Shown: positions 9,007-18,224, numbered from the stretch's first letter. The stretch: 64,000 nucleotides of DNA from SAR86 cluster bacterium AG-390-O18 (GCA_003279605.1 QCHF01000002.1:321586-385585); one strand, 5' to 3'. Numbers and translations: made by a program. The notes: a model not told the origin generated them from the letters alone.

Positions 9007-10059
9007 ATGGATGCGGAAAAACTCAGTCAATTAACTCAAAAAGTCATTGGTGATGCAGCAGGAGCAGTAGGTTTACTGCTGGCATACATCGGAGACCAAT
9101 CAAAAGTTTATACAACAATGGACGAACTTGGCTCTTCAACTGTAAAAGAAATTGCAGATAAAGCAGGCCTTGATGAACGATACTTAAGAGAATTTCTCTC
9201 TTCCAATGCTGCTAATGGCTATGTAACTTATGAACCCGCAGAGGATAAATTTTCTCTTTCTCCAGAGCAAGCAGCTGTCTTTGCAAAAGATGGTGAGCCT
9301 ACTTGTTTGCAGGGTTACTTCCAAGCGATAGTTGGTCAATATGCAGAGCATGAAAAAGCCGTGGAAACTTTTCAATCAGGAAAAGGTAGACCATGGGGAG
9401 AACATCATCTGTGTTGTTTCTGTGGTACCGATAGATTTTTTAGACCAGGCTATGTTGGTAACTTAGTTAGTAATTGGATTCCGTCTTTATCTGGAGTTGA
9501 AGATCAATTAAAAGCTGGTGCCAAGGTAGCAGATATCGGTTGTGGTTTAGGCTCTACGACTATCATCATGGCTCAGACTTACCCCAATTCAACAATTCAT
9601 GGATACGATTTTCATGGTCCTTCCATTGAAGAGGCTAGTGCAAGAGCCAAGGAACTTGGACTAACCAACATTGAGTTTCACGTATCGGATGCCAGAGAGA
9701 TTCCAGATAATGGATATGACTTTGCCTGCATTTTTGATGCTCTTCATGACATGGGAGATCCTGTTGGTGTTGCCAATCATATTAAAAATGTTCTTTCCGA
9801 TGATGGTACATTCATGTTGGTCGAACCCGCTGCAGCAGATAATTTAGAAGGTAACTTGAATACTTTTGGCGGTTTAGCATATGGTTTTTCAACAATAGTT
9901 TGTGTTCCTACTTCTAGAGCTCAAGATGTGGGCCTTTGCTTGGGCGCACAGGCCGGTCCAAAAAGGCTTACGGATGTTTTGAATTCTGCAGGATTTCATC
10001 ACGTTAGAGAGTCAGCTCGAACTGGAACAAATATGGTTTTCGAGGTTAAGCAAGCTTAA
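9007..10059 (+). CDS. Class I SAM-dependent methyltransferase with N-terminal winged helix (Rv2258c-like)
   Basis: ADIGCGLG SAM motif, FDALHDMGDP, N-terminal GLDERYLREFL; start placed at ATG 9007 behind AGGAG. Confidence 0.8.
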   Translation: MDAEKLSQLTQKVIGDAAGAVGLLLAYIGDQSKVYTTMDELGSSTVKEIADKAGLDERYLREFLSSNAANGYVTYEPAEDKFSLSPEQAAVFAKDGEPTCLQGYFQAIVGQYAEHEKAVETFQSGKGRPWGEHHLCCFCGTDRFFRPGYVGNLVSNWIPSLSGVEDQLKAGAKVADIGCGLGSTTIIMAQTYPNSTIHGYDFHGPSIEEASARAKELGLTNIEFHVSDAREIPDNGYDFACIFDALHDMGDPVGVANHIKNVLSDDGTFMLVEPAAADNLEGNLNTFGGLAYGFSTIVCVPTSRAQDVGLCLGAQAGPKRLTDVLNSAGFHHVRESARTGTNMVFEVKQA

Positions 10060-11381
10060 TGCCAAACGAAAACAATTTTCTTGAAAAAGCTCTGCTTGTT
10101 CAAGTTGAAACTACAAAAGTCAGGCGTATTTTAAATTTTGAAAACTCTTTTGAAGAGTTTAAAGATTTAGCCCGTTCAGCAGGAGCTAACGTATTAGGTG
10201 AAATCAAAGGAAAGCAGGAACTTGCATCTCCCAGATATTTCATTCAAAAAGGGAAACTGGAAGAAATCAAGCAAGAAGTGCACAAAAACAAAATTAGTTT
10301 GGTTATTTTTAATCATGCTTTATCGCCATCACAAGAAAGAAATATCGAGCGGTATCTGAAAGCAAGGGTTTTGGATAGAACTGGATTGATTTTAGATATT
10401 TTTGCTAGACGTGCTTTTAGTCACATTGGAAAACTTCAAGTTGAGCTTGCTCAATTATCCCACTTATCTACCAGACTGATTAGAGGCTGGAGTCATTTAG
10501 AAAGACAAAAAGGAGGAATTGGCTTGCGAGGACCAGGAGAAACGCAACTGGAAACAGACAGAAGATTAATCGGTAATCGGATCAAAGCTCTTAAGAAGAA
10601 ACTTACAAAAAGTCACAATCAAAAATCTTTAAATAGATATGCAAGAAAAAAAGGCAAAAACAAAATCGTAGCATTAGTTGGCTATACGAATGCAGGTAAA
10701 ACAACTCTTTTTAATGCTTTGACGGGCGGCGTAGAATACAAAGCCGATCAGCTTTTTGCAACTCTAGATTCAGTAACTAGGAAAAACCTAAGTCCAGGTA
10801 GTAGAGCAATACTTTTTACCGATACTGTAGGTTTTATTTCAGAAATTCCTACAGAATTGATCGAATCCTTTAAAACCACACTGGACGATCTTAGATCTGC
10901 TGATTTGTTGATTCACTTAGTAGATGTGAATGACCCAGAAAAAGAGCTAAAACAAAAAGAGGTTATAAAAATTTTGAAGGATTTAAACTTAAAAGATATT
11001 CCTCAACTTTTAGTTAATAACAAGATAGATAATCTTTCTGCCGCGAAACAACAAGAATTGGAGTTTCAAAATCCCAAGGATCTTTATGTTTCTGCAGAAA
11101 AAAATATTGGGATCGATTCCTTGAAAGAAAAAATAATAGAACAAACCAGTAATGGGCTCTTCAAAGGCTGGGTTTCAGTTGATCATAGGGCTTCTGCGAT
11201 ACGCGCGAAACTCTATGAAGAAGGATGCGTTAGAGATGAGATTGGTAAAGATACAGAATGGCATCTAAAGTTAAATGTCGGCAATGATTTTCTTACAGAG
11301 TCTATTAATGCATCGGAATTAAAAATCTTATTCAATGAAGAACAAGAAAGCTTTGAAATTGGTGAGCCAGGTAGAACCTGA
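10059..11381 (+). CDS. hflX: GTPase HflX
   Basis: LDIFARRA, GIGLRGPGETQLETDRR, G1 GYTNAGKT, DQLFATLD, DTVGFI, NKID. Confidence 0.97.
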   Translation: MPNENNFLEKALLVQVETTKVRRILNFENSFEEFKDLARSAGANVLGEIKGKQELASPRYFIQKGKLEEIKQEVHKNKISLVIFNHALSPSQERNIERYLKARVLDRTGLILDIFARRAFSHIGKLQVELAQLSHLSTRLIRGWSHLERQKGGIGLRGPGETQLETDRRLIGNRIKALKKKLTKSHNQKSLNRYARKKGKNKIVALVGYTNAGKTTLFNALTGGVEYKADQLFATLDSVTRKNLSPGSRAILFTDTVGFISEIPTELIESFKTTLDDLRSADLLIHLVDVNDPEKELKQKEVIKILKDLNLKDIPQLLVNNKIDNLSAAKQQELEFQNPKDLYVSAEKNIGIDSLKEKIIEQTSNGLFKGWVSVDHRASAIRAKLYEEGCVRDEIGKDTEWHLKLNVGNDFLTESINASELKILFNEEQESFEIGEPGRT

Positions 11382-11436
11382 ATCTGCGACCTTTTGCTCC
11401 TGAGGCAAATGTTCTGATCCGCTCAACTACTGGCTC
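11360..11436 (-). tRNA. Atypical tRNA or tRNA-like gene: anticodon CAG on a short-variable-arm, tRNA-Arg(CCG)-like body
   Basis: GAGCCAG-TA-GTTG AGCGGATCA GAAC-A-TTTGC CTCAGGA GCAAA-AGGTC-GCAGA TTCAGGT TCTAC-CTGGCTC-A-CCA. Perfect 7-bp acceptor and 5-bp anticodon stems, encoded CCA; deviations in D and T arms. Function uncertain. Confidence 0.8.
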
Positions 11437-11508
11437 AATAGTTAAAATATTTATAAATAAGCTTAAACTTTTCTTCTAGTTAGAGATAGATATAGTTAGG
11501 TAGGGGTC

Positions 11509-11514
11509 TATAAT
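11509..11514 (+). promoter_or_regulatory. Putative -10 element (TATAAT) 6 nt before pseudoazurin ATG
   Basis: gtcTATAATcgactcATG. Confidence 0.5.
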
Positions 11515-11520
11515 CGACTC

Positions 11521-12132
11521 ATGAAAAAATTAACAGTTGCTTTAATTTCGCTTCTTTTATCAAATCTAGCAGTCTCTGCTGATATGCGTGAAGAGGCTAT
11601 TCTTGATCGCGTTTCTTCTGTTGCCAGTGTTTGTCTAAAAACTGACGACTGTGGCATAGAATCATCTGGACCTGGCTATAAAGTCGCCTTGAATAATAGT
11701 ATGGCAGCTGAACCTGTTGCCGCTTCCAATAAAGTAAAACTGTCTGAAGGTAGCGTCCATGAAGTTAAAATGCTCAATGCTGGAGCAGACGGTACTATGG
11801 TTTTCGAGCCTCCTGTTTTAAAAGTATCAGTTGGAGATACAATAAATTTTGTTCTCGTGGACCCTATGCACAACTCAGCTTCTTTTCCTAACATGATTCC
11901 ATCCAATGCAGAAAGCTGGAATGGCACAATCAATGAAAGTATCAGTGTTACTTTAGATGTTGAAGGAGTATATGTTTACAATTGTACACCTCATGCAATG
12001 ATGGCAATGGTAGGAGTTATTCAAGTAGGTGAAGCAGTTAATTTGGATGAGGTAAAATCTGCTGCGAGTCAGATAAAATCTACTTTTGTCATGAATCAAG
12101 AGAGGTTAGACGACTACTTATCAAGATTGTAA
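11521..12132 (+). CDS. Pseudoazurin-type blue copper protein with N-terminal extension
   Basis: Signal peptide; HEVKMLN...MVFEP; Cu ligands MHN and CTPHAMMAM; extra N-terminal ILDRVSSVASVCLKTDDC segment. Confidence 0.88.
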   Translation: MKKLTVALISLLLSNLAVSADMREEAILDRVSSVASVCLKTDDCGIESSGPGYKVALNNSMAAEPVAASNKVKLSEGSVHEVKMLNAGADGTMVFEPPVLKVSVGDTINFVLVDPMHNSASFPNMIPSNAESWNGTINESISVTLDVEGVYVYNCTPHAMMAMVGVIQVGEAVNLDEVKSAASQIKSTFVMNQERLDDYLSRL

Positions 12133-12137
12133 TTATT

Positions 12138-12449
12138 TTGTATAAATTATTTCTTCCTTTTCTAATATTCTTTTTCATCTCTACTCTGATTTTCTCTGAA
12201 GAAAAAAAATCAAGAGATGGTAAGACCGTTTACGATGCAGCATGTGCCATTTGTCACCAAAATGGTTTGGCCGGCGCCCCAATTTTTGGGGATAAATCTT
12301 CATGGGGATATAGAGTCAATAAAAGTCTGGATGAGTTAACTTATAGTGTTAAAAATGGTCTTAGAGGAATGCCTGCAATGGGTTTATGCATGAATTGTTC
12401 TGAGCAGGAGCTCGAAATGGCAGTTAGCTATATCTTAGACTCTTTATAA
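12138..12449 (+). CDS. Cytochrome c5 family monoheme protein
   Basis: GKTVY...CAICH, GAPIFGDKSSW, GMPAMGLCMNCS (c5 disulfide pair); TTG start with signal-like leader. Confidence 0.88.
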   Translation: MYKLFLPFLIFFFISTLIFSEEKKSRDGKTVYDAACAICHQNGLAGAPIFGDKSSWGYRVNKSLDELTYSVKNGLRGMPAMGLCMNCSEQELEMAVSYILDSL

Positions 12450-13142
12450 GCTCTCTATTCCCTTTTCTAAATTCCACCAAGATTCTATATTAATATCAGC
12501 TCGTCTTTTGCTTTCCGGCCATTCTGCATCGAGCAAATTTAGCCAAACAGCCTTCATGCCGAGATTCATAGCAGCTTCGACATCATTTTCTGGATGATCG
12601 CCTACATGGCAGACTTCCTCAGGCTGTAGTTGCATTATTTTTAAAGCTTCTTCAAACATTTTTGCTCCAGGCTTACTGTCGTTTACCATTTCTGCATTTA
12701 AGTAAAAATCAAACAAGTGATCGATTTTTAAGGTTTTAATGCTGGCATTCCCGTTGGTTAAAACGCCTAAAGTGTATTTTTCTTTCAAAGATTTAAGAAC
12801 CTTAAGGGTACCCTCGAAATAAGTAATATCATGACGTAATTTTAAAAAAATATCGAAAGCATCTTTTGATGTTGCTTTTGCATCTTCATTGGAAACACCA
12901 TTTTCTGTTAATAATGTCTCGATAACTTTCATGCGAAGCTCAGATAAGCGATGTCTTAGAGAATTATCTTTTGCAATAAGCTTTTGCCACATCTTTTGCT
13001 CCTGTTCTGAGAACAAGACTTTAGACATATTTGGAAATTTATCGATTATCCAGTTATTGGATTCTTTGTGCGCGTGAATGATGACTTCACGCAGCGGCCA
13101 TAGTGTGTCATCAAGATCAAAAGTTACTGCTTTAATTTTCAT
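12444..13142 (-). CDS. HAD-IA family hydrolase (YigB-like)
   Basis: FDLDDTLW, LTNGN, KP, HVGD..NDV motifs; downstream of xerC. Confidence 0.88.
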   Translation of the reverse strand: MKIKAVTFDLDDTLWPLREVIIHAHKESNNWIIDKFPNMSKVLFSEQEQKMWQKLIAKDNSLRHRLSELRMKVIETLLTENGVSNEDAKATSKDAFDIFLKLRHDITYFEGTLKVLKSLKEKYTLGVLTNGNASIKTLKIDHLFDFYLNAEMVNDSKPGAKMFEEALKIMQLQPEEVCHVGDHPENDVEAAMNLGMKAVWLNLLDAEWPESKRRADINIESWWNLEKGIESL

Positions 13143-14038
13143 TTTTTATTTTTTGCATGTGGGTGGCTTTTATCATAAACCTTGGCCAAATGCTGGAAAT
13201 CCAATTTAGTGTAGATTTGAGTGGTACTTAGATTAGCATGTCCTAATAATTCTTGAACAGCTCTAAGGTCGCCACTGGATTCTAAAATATGGGTTGCGAA
13301 GGAATGCCTCAACATATGAGGATGGATGTAAGGCAAGCCTCTGTCTTGACTGATTTTTTTAAGTCGAATTTGAACCGTTCTTGGACCCAGTCGATTTCCT
13401 TCTTTATTTACAAAGACCGAAGTTTCATCTTGTTTGGCAATAGCTGCTCTATGTGTAAACCATTGCTCCAATGCCTCAATTGCCTTAGAGCCTACTGGAC
13501 AAAGTCTTTCTTTGTTACCTTTTCCTAGAACTCTGCACATTTGTTCTTCCAGTAAAAGATCTTTTAAGTTCAAGGAGCAGAGTTCAGAAAGTCGCAGTCC
13601 AGAAGAATAGATCAATTCCATCATCGCTTTATCTCGATGTTCTATCCAGTTTTTTGGTTCAAAATTCAAAAGTTTGTCGATCATGTCGGTATCCAGTGCC
13701 TTTGGCAATAGAGCATCTTGCTTTGGTGCGCTGATACCAACTGTTGGATCGTTGGTAAATTTTCCTTCGGATTTAAGAAATTTAAAAAAACTCCTTAGGG
13801 AAGATAAAATTCTCGCAAGACTTTTCGGACTAAGCCCTTTTCTTCTGTGCAAACCTAAAAAATTTCTTACTAGATTATTGTTAACCTTCGCAATGGACAA
13901 AATTTTGTTTTCATTAAGAAAGACCTCGAATTTATTCAAATCATTCCTGTAACTCTTAAGAGTGTGTTCTGAATAGTTACGATTTTCTTTAAGAAAATTT
14001 AAAAAAGATTCTATTAAGTTATTAATCTCGGTTTTCAA
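13139..14038 (-). CDS. xerC: Tyrosine recombinase XerC
   Basis: YSSGLRLSEL, GKGNKER, HPHMLRHSFATH, LLGHANLSTTQIY; dapF-DUF484-xerC-HAD context. Confidence 0.94.
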   Translation of the reverse strand: MKTEINNLIESFLNFLKENRNYSEHTLKSYRNDLNKFEVFLNENKILSIAKVNNNLVRNFLGLHRRKGLSPKSLARILSSLRSFFKFLKSEGKFTNDPTVGISAPKQDALLPKALDTDMIDKLLNFEPKNWIEHRDKAMMELIYSSGLRLSELCSLNLKDLLLEEQMCRVLGKGNKERLCPVGSKAIEALEQWFTHRAAIAKQDETSVFVNKEGNRLGPRTVQIRLKKISQDRGLPYIHPHMLRHSFATHILESSGDLRAVQELLGHANLSTTQIYTKLDFQHLAKVYDKSHPHAKNKK

Positions 14039-14705
14039 TTAATCTATCTATTTGATGGCTCAAAACTTCAACTATAAAACTTAGAAACAATGTATCCTGC
14101 TCTGGAGTATATTTTTCATCTACTGAAGAACCTAAAATTAATATTCCCGCAATCTTTTCTGAATGCAGTTTACCAACAACCGCTTCTTTTATATCGGCTT
14201 GAGCACCAAAAGTTATAGAGGCAATTTCATTGGGAAGCTTTCCTAAAAAAATATCTACTTCTTTAAAAATCTTAGAGAAAGTCTTAGTAGCTATTTCTGG
14301 CTCAATGATTCTCTTTGCAGACACTCGATACAATTCTTCTTGAGTAAAGAATAATAATTTACATTTTTCTGTACCAAGCTCGTTTATAAAAAAACTTTCT
14401 GTAGCGACCAATAAATTTTCTAAGTCTTCAGCATTTAGAATAATGCTTATCAGTTTTCTTACCTTTGCAAAAAGCAGCTCATTCGCATTAGCATTCAAAA
14501 TAAAGTCTTTGAGTTGTGTGCTCGTTGCTAAATTCTTAGACTTTATGAATTCAACTTGTTTTTCAATAAAGCTTACTGCTTCACCTGATTCGTGTTTTAT
14601 CTCAAGCTGTTCTATAGCTTCTGGATGATCTATAAAAAAATCAGGATTTTCTTTTAAAAAATTTATAACTTCTTCAGGTTTAAGAGATTTACTAAAAAGT
14701 TTCAT
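14022..14705 (-). CDS. DUF484 family protein (YigA-like)
   Basis: V..FLKENPDFF..HP, GEAVSFIEKQ, DTLFLSFI; position between dapF and xerC. Confidence 0.85.
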   Translation of the reverse strand: MKLFSKSLKPEEVINFLKENPDFFIDHPEAIEQLEIKHESGEAVSFIEKQVEFIKSKNLATSTQLKDFILNANANELLFAKVRKLISIILNAEDLENLLVATESFFINELGTEKCKLLFFTQEELYRVSAKRIIEPEIATKTFSKIFKEVDIFLGKLPNEIASITFGAQADIKEAVVGKLHSEKIAGILILGSSVDEKYTPEQDTLFLSFIVEVLSHQIDRLIENRD

Positions 14706-14706
14706 T

Positions 14707-15522
14707 TTAAAGATTTAACAAAACATCCTGTTTTCGGTATTCCGCGCTTCCTTGAAGCATAACTTTTAACTCACCTAAATCCACTTTAGTGAATACCTGG
14801 CCCTGATGAAAGTTTATTTTTAACTCCTGATCCAATTCTTTTTGAATTGCACATGCGACAGCTGCTGCGCAAGCTCCACTTCCGCAGGCTTGGGTTTCAC
14901 CCACACCTCTTTCAAAAACTCTTAAATTTATCTCCTGGGTATTTTTAATTTTAATAAAGCCAACGTTTACACCATTTTTAAAAAAATTACTTTCTTGTAA
15001 AAATGTTCCAAATTTTTGTACGTCCAAATCCAACTCATCATTAAAAATTACGGCATGCGGATTTCCTATCGAAATTGCAAAACAAGGAACTTTTTTATTA
15101 TCAAATTCAATTTCAAAAACTTGCTCATTTTCATTTAGTCCAATTTCAGAAGGAGATAATGAAAAAATATTTTCCACAATGTAATCGTTTTTGCTTTTCT
15201 CAACAGTAACTTGATTGGTGCCTATGAGTAACTTCACTGTATCACTGATGGATATGTTTCTGTCGGATAGATATCTAGCAACACACCTCATGCCGTTGAC
15301 ACAGTTTTCAGCCTCACTGCCATCTTGATTAAAGATTTTTACAGAAAAATCTGAAATTTCTTCTTCTGGCGGTTCTATTACTAGGACCTGATCAAACTCA
15401 AGAAAATCTCCTTCACCGAGAAACTTTGGGATGTTGTTTTTAGAGAAAGAAAAATCCTGTGTTACTGAATCTACAACTATGAAATTGTTTCCTAAAGCCT
15501 CCATAAACTGGATATAGGGCAT
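14707..15522 (-). CDS. dapF: Diaminopimelate epimerase (divergent)
   Basis: LGNNF, FNQDGSEAENCVNG, GNPHAV, VFERGVGETQACGSGACA; both catalytic Cys present. Confidence 0.9.
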   Translation of the reverse strand: MPYIQFMEALGNNFIVVDSVTQDFSFSKNNIPKFLGEGDFLEFDQVLVIEPPEEEISDFSVKIFNQDGSEAENCVNGMRCVARYLSDRNISISDTVKLLIGTNQVTVEKSKNDYIVENIFSLSPSEIGLNENEQVFEIEFDNKKVPCFAISIGNPHAVIFNDELDLDVQKFGTFLQESNFFKNGVNVGFIKIKNTQEINLRVFERGVGETQACGSGACAAAVACAIQKELDQELKINFHQGQVFTKVDLGELKVMLQGSAEYRKQDVLLNL

Positions 15523-16742
15523 TAAAGTTCCTCTTCTTTAATGAGATTATCAAAGGTTTCTGCTTTTCTAATGACCTTGTGACTTTTTTGATCAACTAAG
15601 ATTTCAGCAGGCTTAAGTCGGGTATTGTAATTAGAACCCATACTTGAGCCATAGGCTCCTACTGAATATATGACTAAATAATCTCCAGCATTTGCGTTGA
15701 CTTCGAAATCTGAACCAAAACTATCGGCAGTCTCACAGACAGGTCCAACTATAGAATAAAGATCTTTCTTTTCAGAAGACTCCACTAAATTATCTATTTT
15801 GTGTCTTGCGCTATACAACGATGGTCTCATCAAATCATTCATACCGGCATCAACAATAAGAAACTTTTGACTGCCATTCTCTTTTATGCCCAACACTTTG
15901 GTTATCAAAACACCCGCTTGCGCAACAATGGAACGTCCTGGCTCTAGAGTTAAGTTATATTTTGAAGAAAACTGCTTCAGTTTTTTTATTAGTTCGTCAG
16001 GTGAAAAATTTTTTTCCAATTCATAGTCGATTGCTAAACCACCGCCAACATCTATGTGATCTATTTCAAATCCCAAAGAAACCAATTGGTCTGCTAAATT
16101 TTCAAGTTTTTCGTAAGCTTCGACAAGTAAATCCGTATTAGTTATTTGAGATCCAATATGAGCTGAAACACCAACTAGGTTTATTTTTTCAACTCCATAC
16201 TTCTTTGCCAGAGTTAGTGCCTCTTCTTCAGAAATGCCAAATTTGCAATCGGCCTTACCAGTTTCAATATAAGGATGAGATTCTGCAGCAATGTCTGGAT
16301 TTATCCTGAACGAGATTCTTGGTATTTTATTTAGTTGTTCAAGCAGTTCTAATTCATATTCAGATTCTACGTTGATGGAAAATATTTCGTGATCACATGC
16401 GAGTTTCAATTCCTCTTTGGTTTTGCCAACTCCAGAAAAAACAATCTTCTTTGGATCTGCACCGATTTTTAAAACTCTTTTTAATTCTCCACCAGATACT
16501 ACGTCAAAGCCCAAACCTTCATCTTTTATTAAAGACAAAACACTTAGATTGCTGTTAGCTTTTACTGCATAACAGGCAAGGTCGGAGGAAGATAAACCTT
16601 TTTTATAAGATCGACAATTTTCTCTAATAGTTTGAGCAGAATAAACATAAAAAGGTGTTTCTAAGCTATCACTAAGCTCAAGCAGGTTAGCGTCTTCTGA
16701 ATATAAGACGCCTGTGTTAAAGTTAAAATGCTTTAAGTTCAT
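15522..16742 (-). CDS. lysA: Diaminopimelate decarboxylase
   Basis: YAVKANSN (PLP Lys), HIGSQI, DVGGG, EPGRSI, VGPVCETAD, GAYGSSM.SNYN; start 16742 or 16754. Confidence 0.96.
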   Translation of the reverse strand: MNLKHFNFNTGVLYSEDANLLELSDSLETPFYVYSAQTIRENCRSYKKGLSSSDLACYAVKANSNLSVLSLIKDEGLGFDVVSGGELKRVLKIGADPKKIVFSGVGKTKEELKLACDHEIFSINVESEYELELLEQLNKIPRISFRINPDIAAESHPYIETGKADCKFGISEEEALTLAKKYGVEKINLVGVSAHIGSQITNTDLLVEAYEKLENLADQLVSLGFEIDHIDVGGGLAIDYELEKNFSPDELIKKLKQFSSKYNLTLEPGRSIVAQAGVLITKVLGIKENGSQKFLIVDAGMNDLMRPSLYSARHKIDNLVESSEKKDLYSIVGPVCETADSFGSDFEVNANAGDYLVIYSVGAYGSSMGSNYNTRLKPAEILVDQKSHKVIRKAETFDNLIKEEEL

Positions 16743-16842
16743 TGATTTCTTCATCTTCAGGCAGATATAAAGGACCTTTTATGCCACATGAGCTTAGAAA
16801 GCCAAAACTCATTAGACATAACCCAAGTAAAAAAATTTTCAT
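16723..16842 (-). CDS. lptM: LPS translocon maturation lipoprotein LptM/YifL (missed by ORF track)
   Basis: Hand translation MKIFLLGLCLMSFGFLSSCGIKGPLYLPEDEEINELKAF; CGxKGPLYLP signature; upstream of lysA; TAATG overlap with argH. Confidence 0.88.
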   Translation of the reverse strand: MKIFLLGLCLMSFGFLSSCGIKGPLYLPEDEEINELKAF

Positions 16843-18224
16843 TACTTTAAATAGTCTTTTGCTCTTTTAATTTCTTTTTGTATTTGTTTTAAAGCAGTGC
16901 CCCCAATTGAGGTTTTTGCTTGGACAGAGTCACTAGGATCTATGTAATCAAAAACATCTTGGGAAATCTTCTTTGAAATTTTCTTAAATTCGTCAAGCGA
17001 CATTTCAAATAGTAAGAGATCATTATCTTCAGCATATTTCACTGCCGTCCCTGTAATTTCATGAGCTTCTCTAAATGGTACTCCTTTGATGACCAAATAT
17101 TCAGCAAGATCTGTTGCGGTTAAGAAATCATCGTAGACATCAGCAAGCATTTGGTCATTATTAAAAGACACCCCTTTAATCATCTCGTTCATAATACTCA
17201 AGGCTTCAGTAGCAAATCTTATTGAATTAATTAAAGGTGCTTTATCCTCTTGGTTGTCTCTGTTGTAGGCTAAGGGCTGATTCTTCATTAAGCTTAGCAA
17301 CGTCATTAAATTACCAATCGTTTTAGCAGATCCTCCTCTGACTAATTCAGCCATATCTGGATTTTTCTTTTGCGGCATAATTGAAGAACCTGTGCATAAT
17401 TCTTCAGGCAATTGAGAATAATTAAACTGAGAAGAAGACCAAATGATCAGTTCTTCGCATATTCTTGAAAAATGAATAGCCATTACACTTATATTGAAAG
17501 CAACTTCTAAAGCAAAATCTCTATCGGATACAGCATCAATGGAATTTCTGGTAACCGAATCAAACCCCAAAGACTTAGCTAGTTTTTGTCTATCCAATTT
17601 AAACCTGTTACCGGATAATGCTCCAGAACCCAAAGGGCTGACCTTGAGTTCTTTTTTAGTTGCTGAGACTCTTTCCAGATCTCTTTTTATCATTTCATAC
17701 CAAGACAAAAGATAGTGAGCCAAACTAACCGGCTGAGCATTTTGCAGATGGGTAAAACCTGGCATGAGAGTTTCTAACTCTCCCTCTGCTCTAACAACTA
17801 AGTTTTTCATTAAATTTTTTAGTAAAGACTCAATTTCAATACTTCTTTCCAAAAGAAACAATTTAAAATCAGTTACGACTTGATCGTTCCTAGATCTTCC
17901 CGTGTGAAGTTTTTTTGCAGTCACTCCAATTTCTTTTTCAAGGGCAGCTTCGATATTCATGTGAACATCCTCTAAAGAAGGATTCCATTTAAAATTACCA
18001 GCTTCTATTTTCTTTTTTATCTTTTTAAGACCACTTTTAATTTTATTGAATTCATTTTTAGAAAGCACTTTGGCTTCCATCAATACTTCTGCGTAAGCAA
18101 TCGAACCTTGAATGTCTTGACTATAGAGGATTTGATCTACATCAACAGAGGATGAAAAATTCTGAGCAATCTGGGAAGGTTTTTTGTTAAATCTTCCTCC
18201 CCAAGAGGGATTTTTTTTTGACAT
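16842..18224 (-). CDS. argH: Argininosuccinate lyase
   Basis: WGGRF, LHTGRSRNDQV, MPGFTHLQ, GSSIMPQKKNPD, GVPFREAH; ATG overlaps ahcY stop. Confidence 0.97.
   Translation of the reverse strand: MSKKNPSWGGRFNKKPSQIAQNFSSSVDVDQILYSQDIQGSIAYAEVLMEAKVLSKNEFNKIKSGLKKIKKKIEAGNFKWNPSLEDVHMNIEAALEKEIGVTAKKLHTGRSRNDQVVTDFKLFLLERSIEIESLLKNLMKNLVVRAEGELETLMPGFTHLQNAQPVSLAHYLLSWYEMIKRDLERVSATKKELKVSPLGSGALSGNRFKLDRQKLAKSLGFDSVTRNSIDAVSDRDFALEVAFNISVMAIHFSRICEELIIWSSSQFNYSQLPEELCTGSSIMPQKKNPDMAELVRGGSAKTIGNLMTLLSLMKNQPLAYNRDNQEDKAPLINSIRFATEALSIMNEMIKGVSFNNDQMLADVYDDFLTATDLAEYLVIKGVPFREAHEITGTAVKYAEDNDLLLFEMSLDEFKKISKKISQDVFDYIDPSDSVQAKTSIGGTALKQIQKEIKRAKDYLK

Noticed and set aside
10476-10550. CUG codon reassignment suggested by the odd CAG tRNA
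   Set aside because: In-frame CTG codons at 10476 (TRLIRG) and 10548 (ETQLETDRR) of hflX fall on conserved Leu positions.
11360-14038. Integrative element (tRNA plus tyrosine recombinase)
   Set aside because: The recombinase is chromosomal XerC in its conserved dapF-DUF484-xerC-HAD operon; no duplicated tRNA 3' end or cargo seen.
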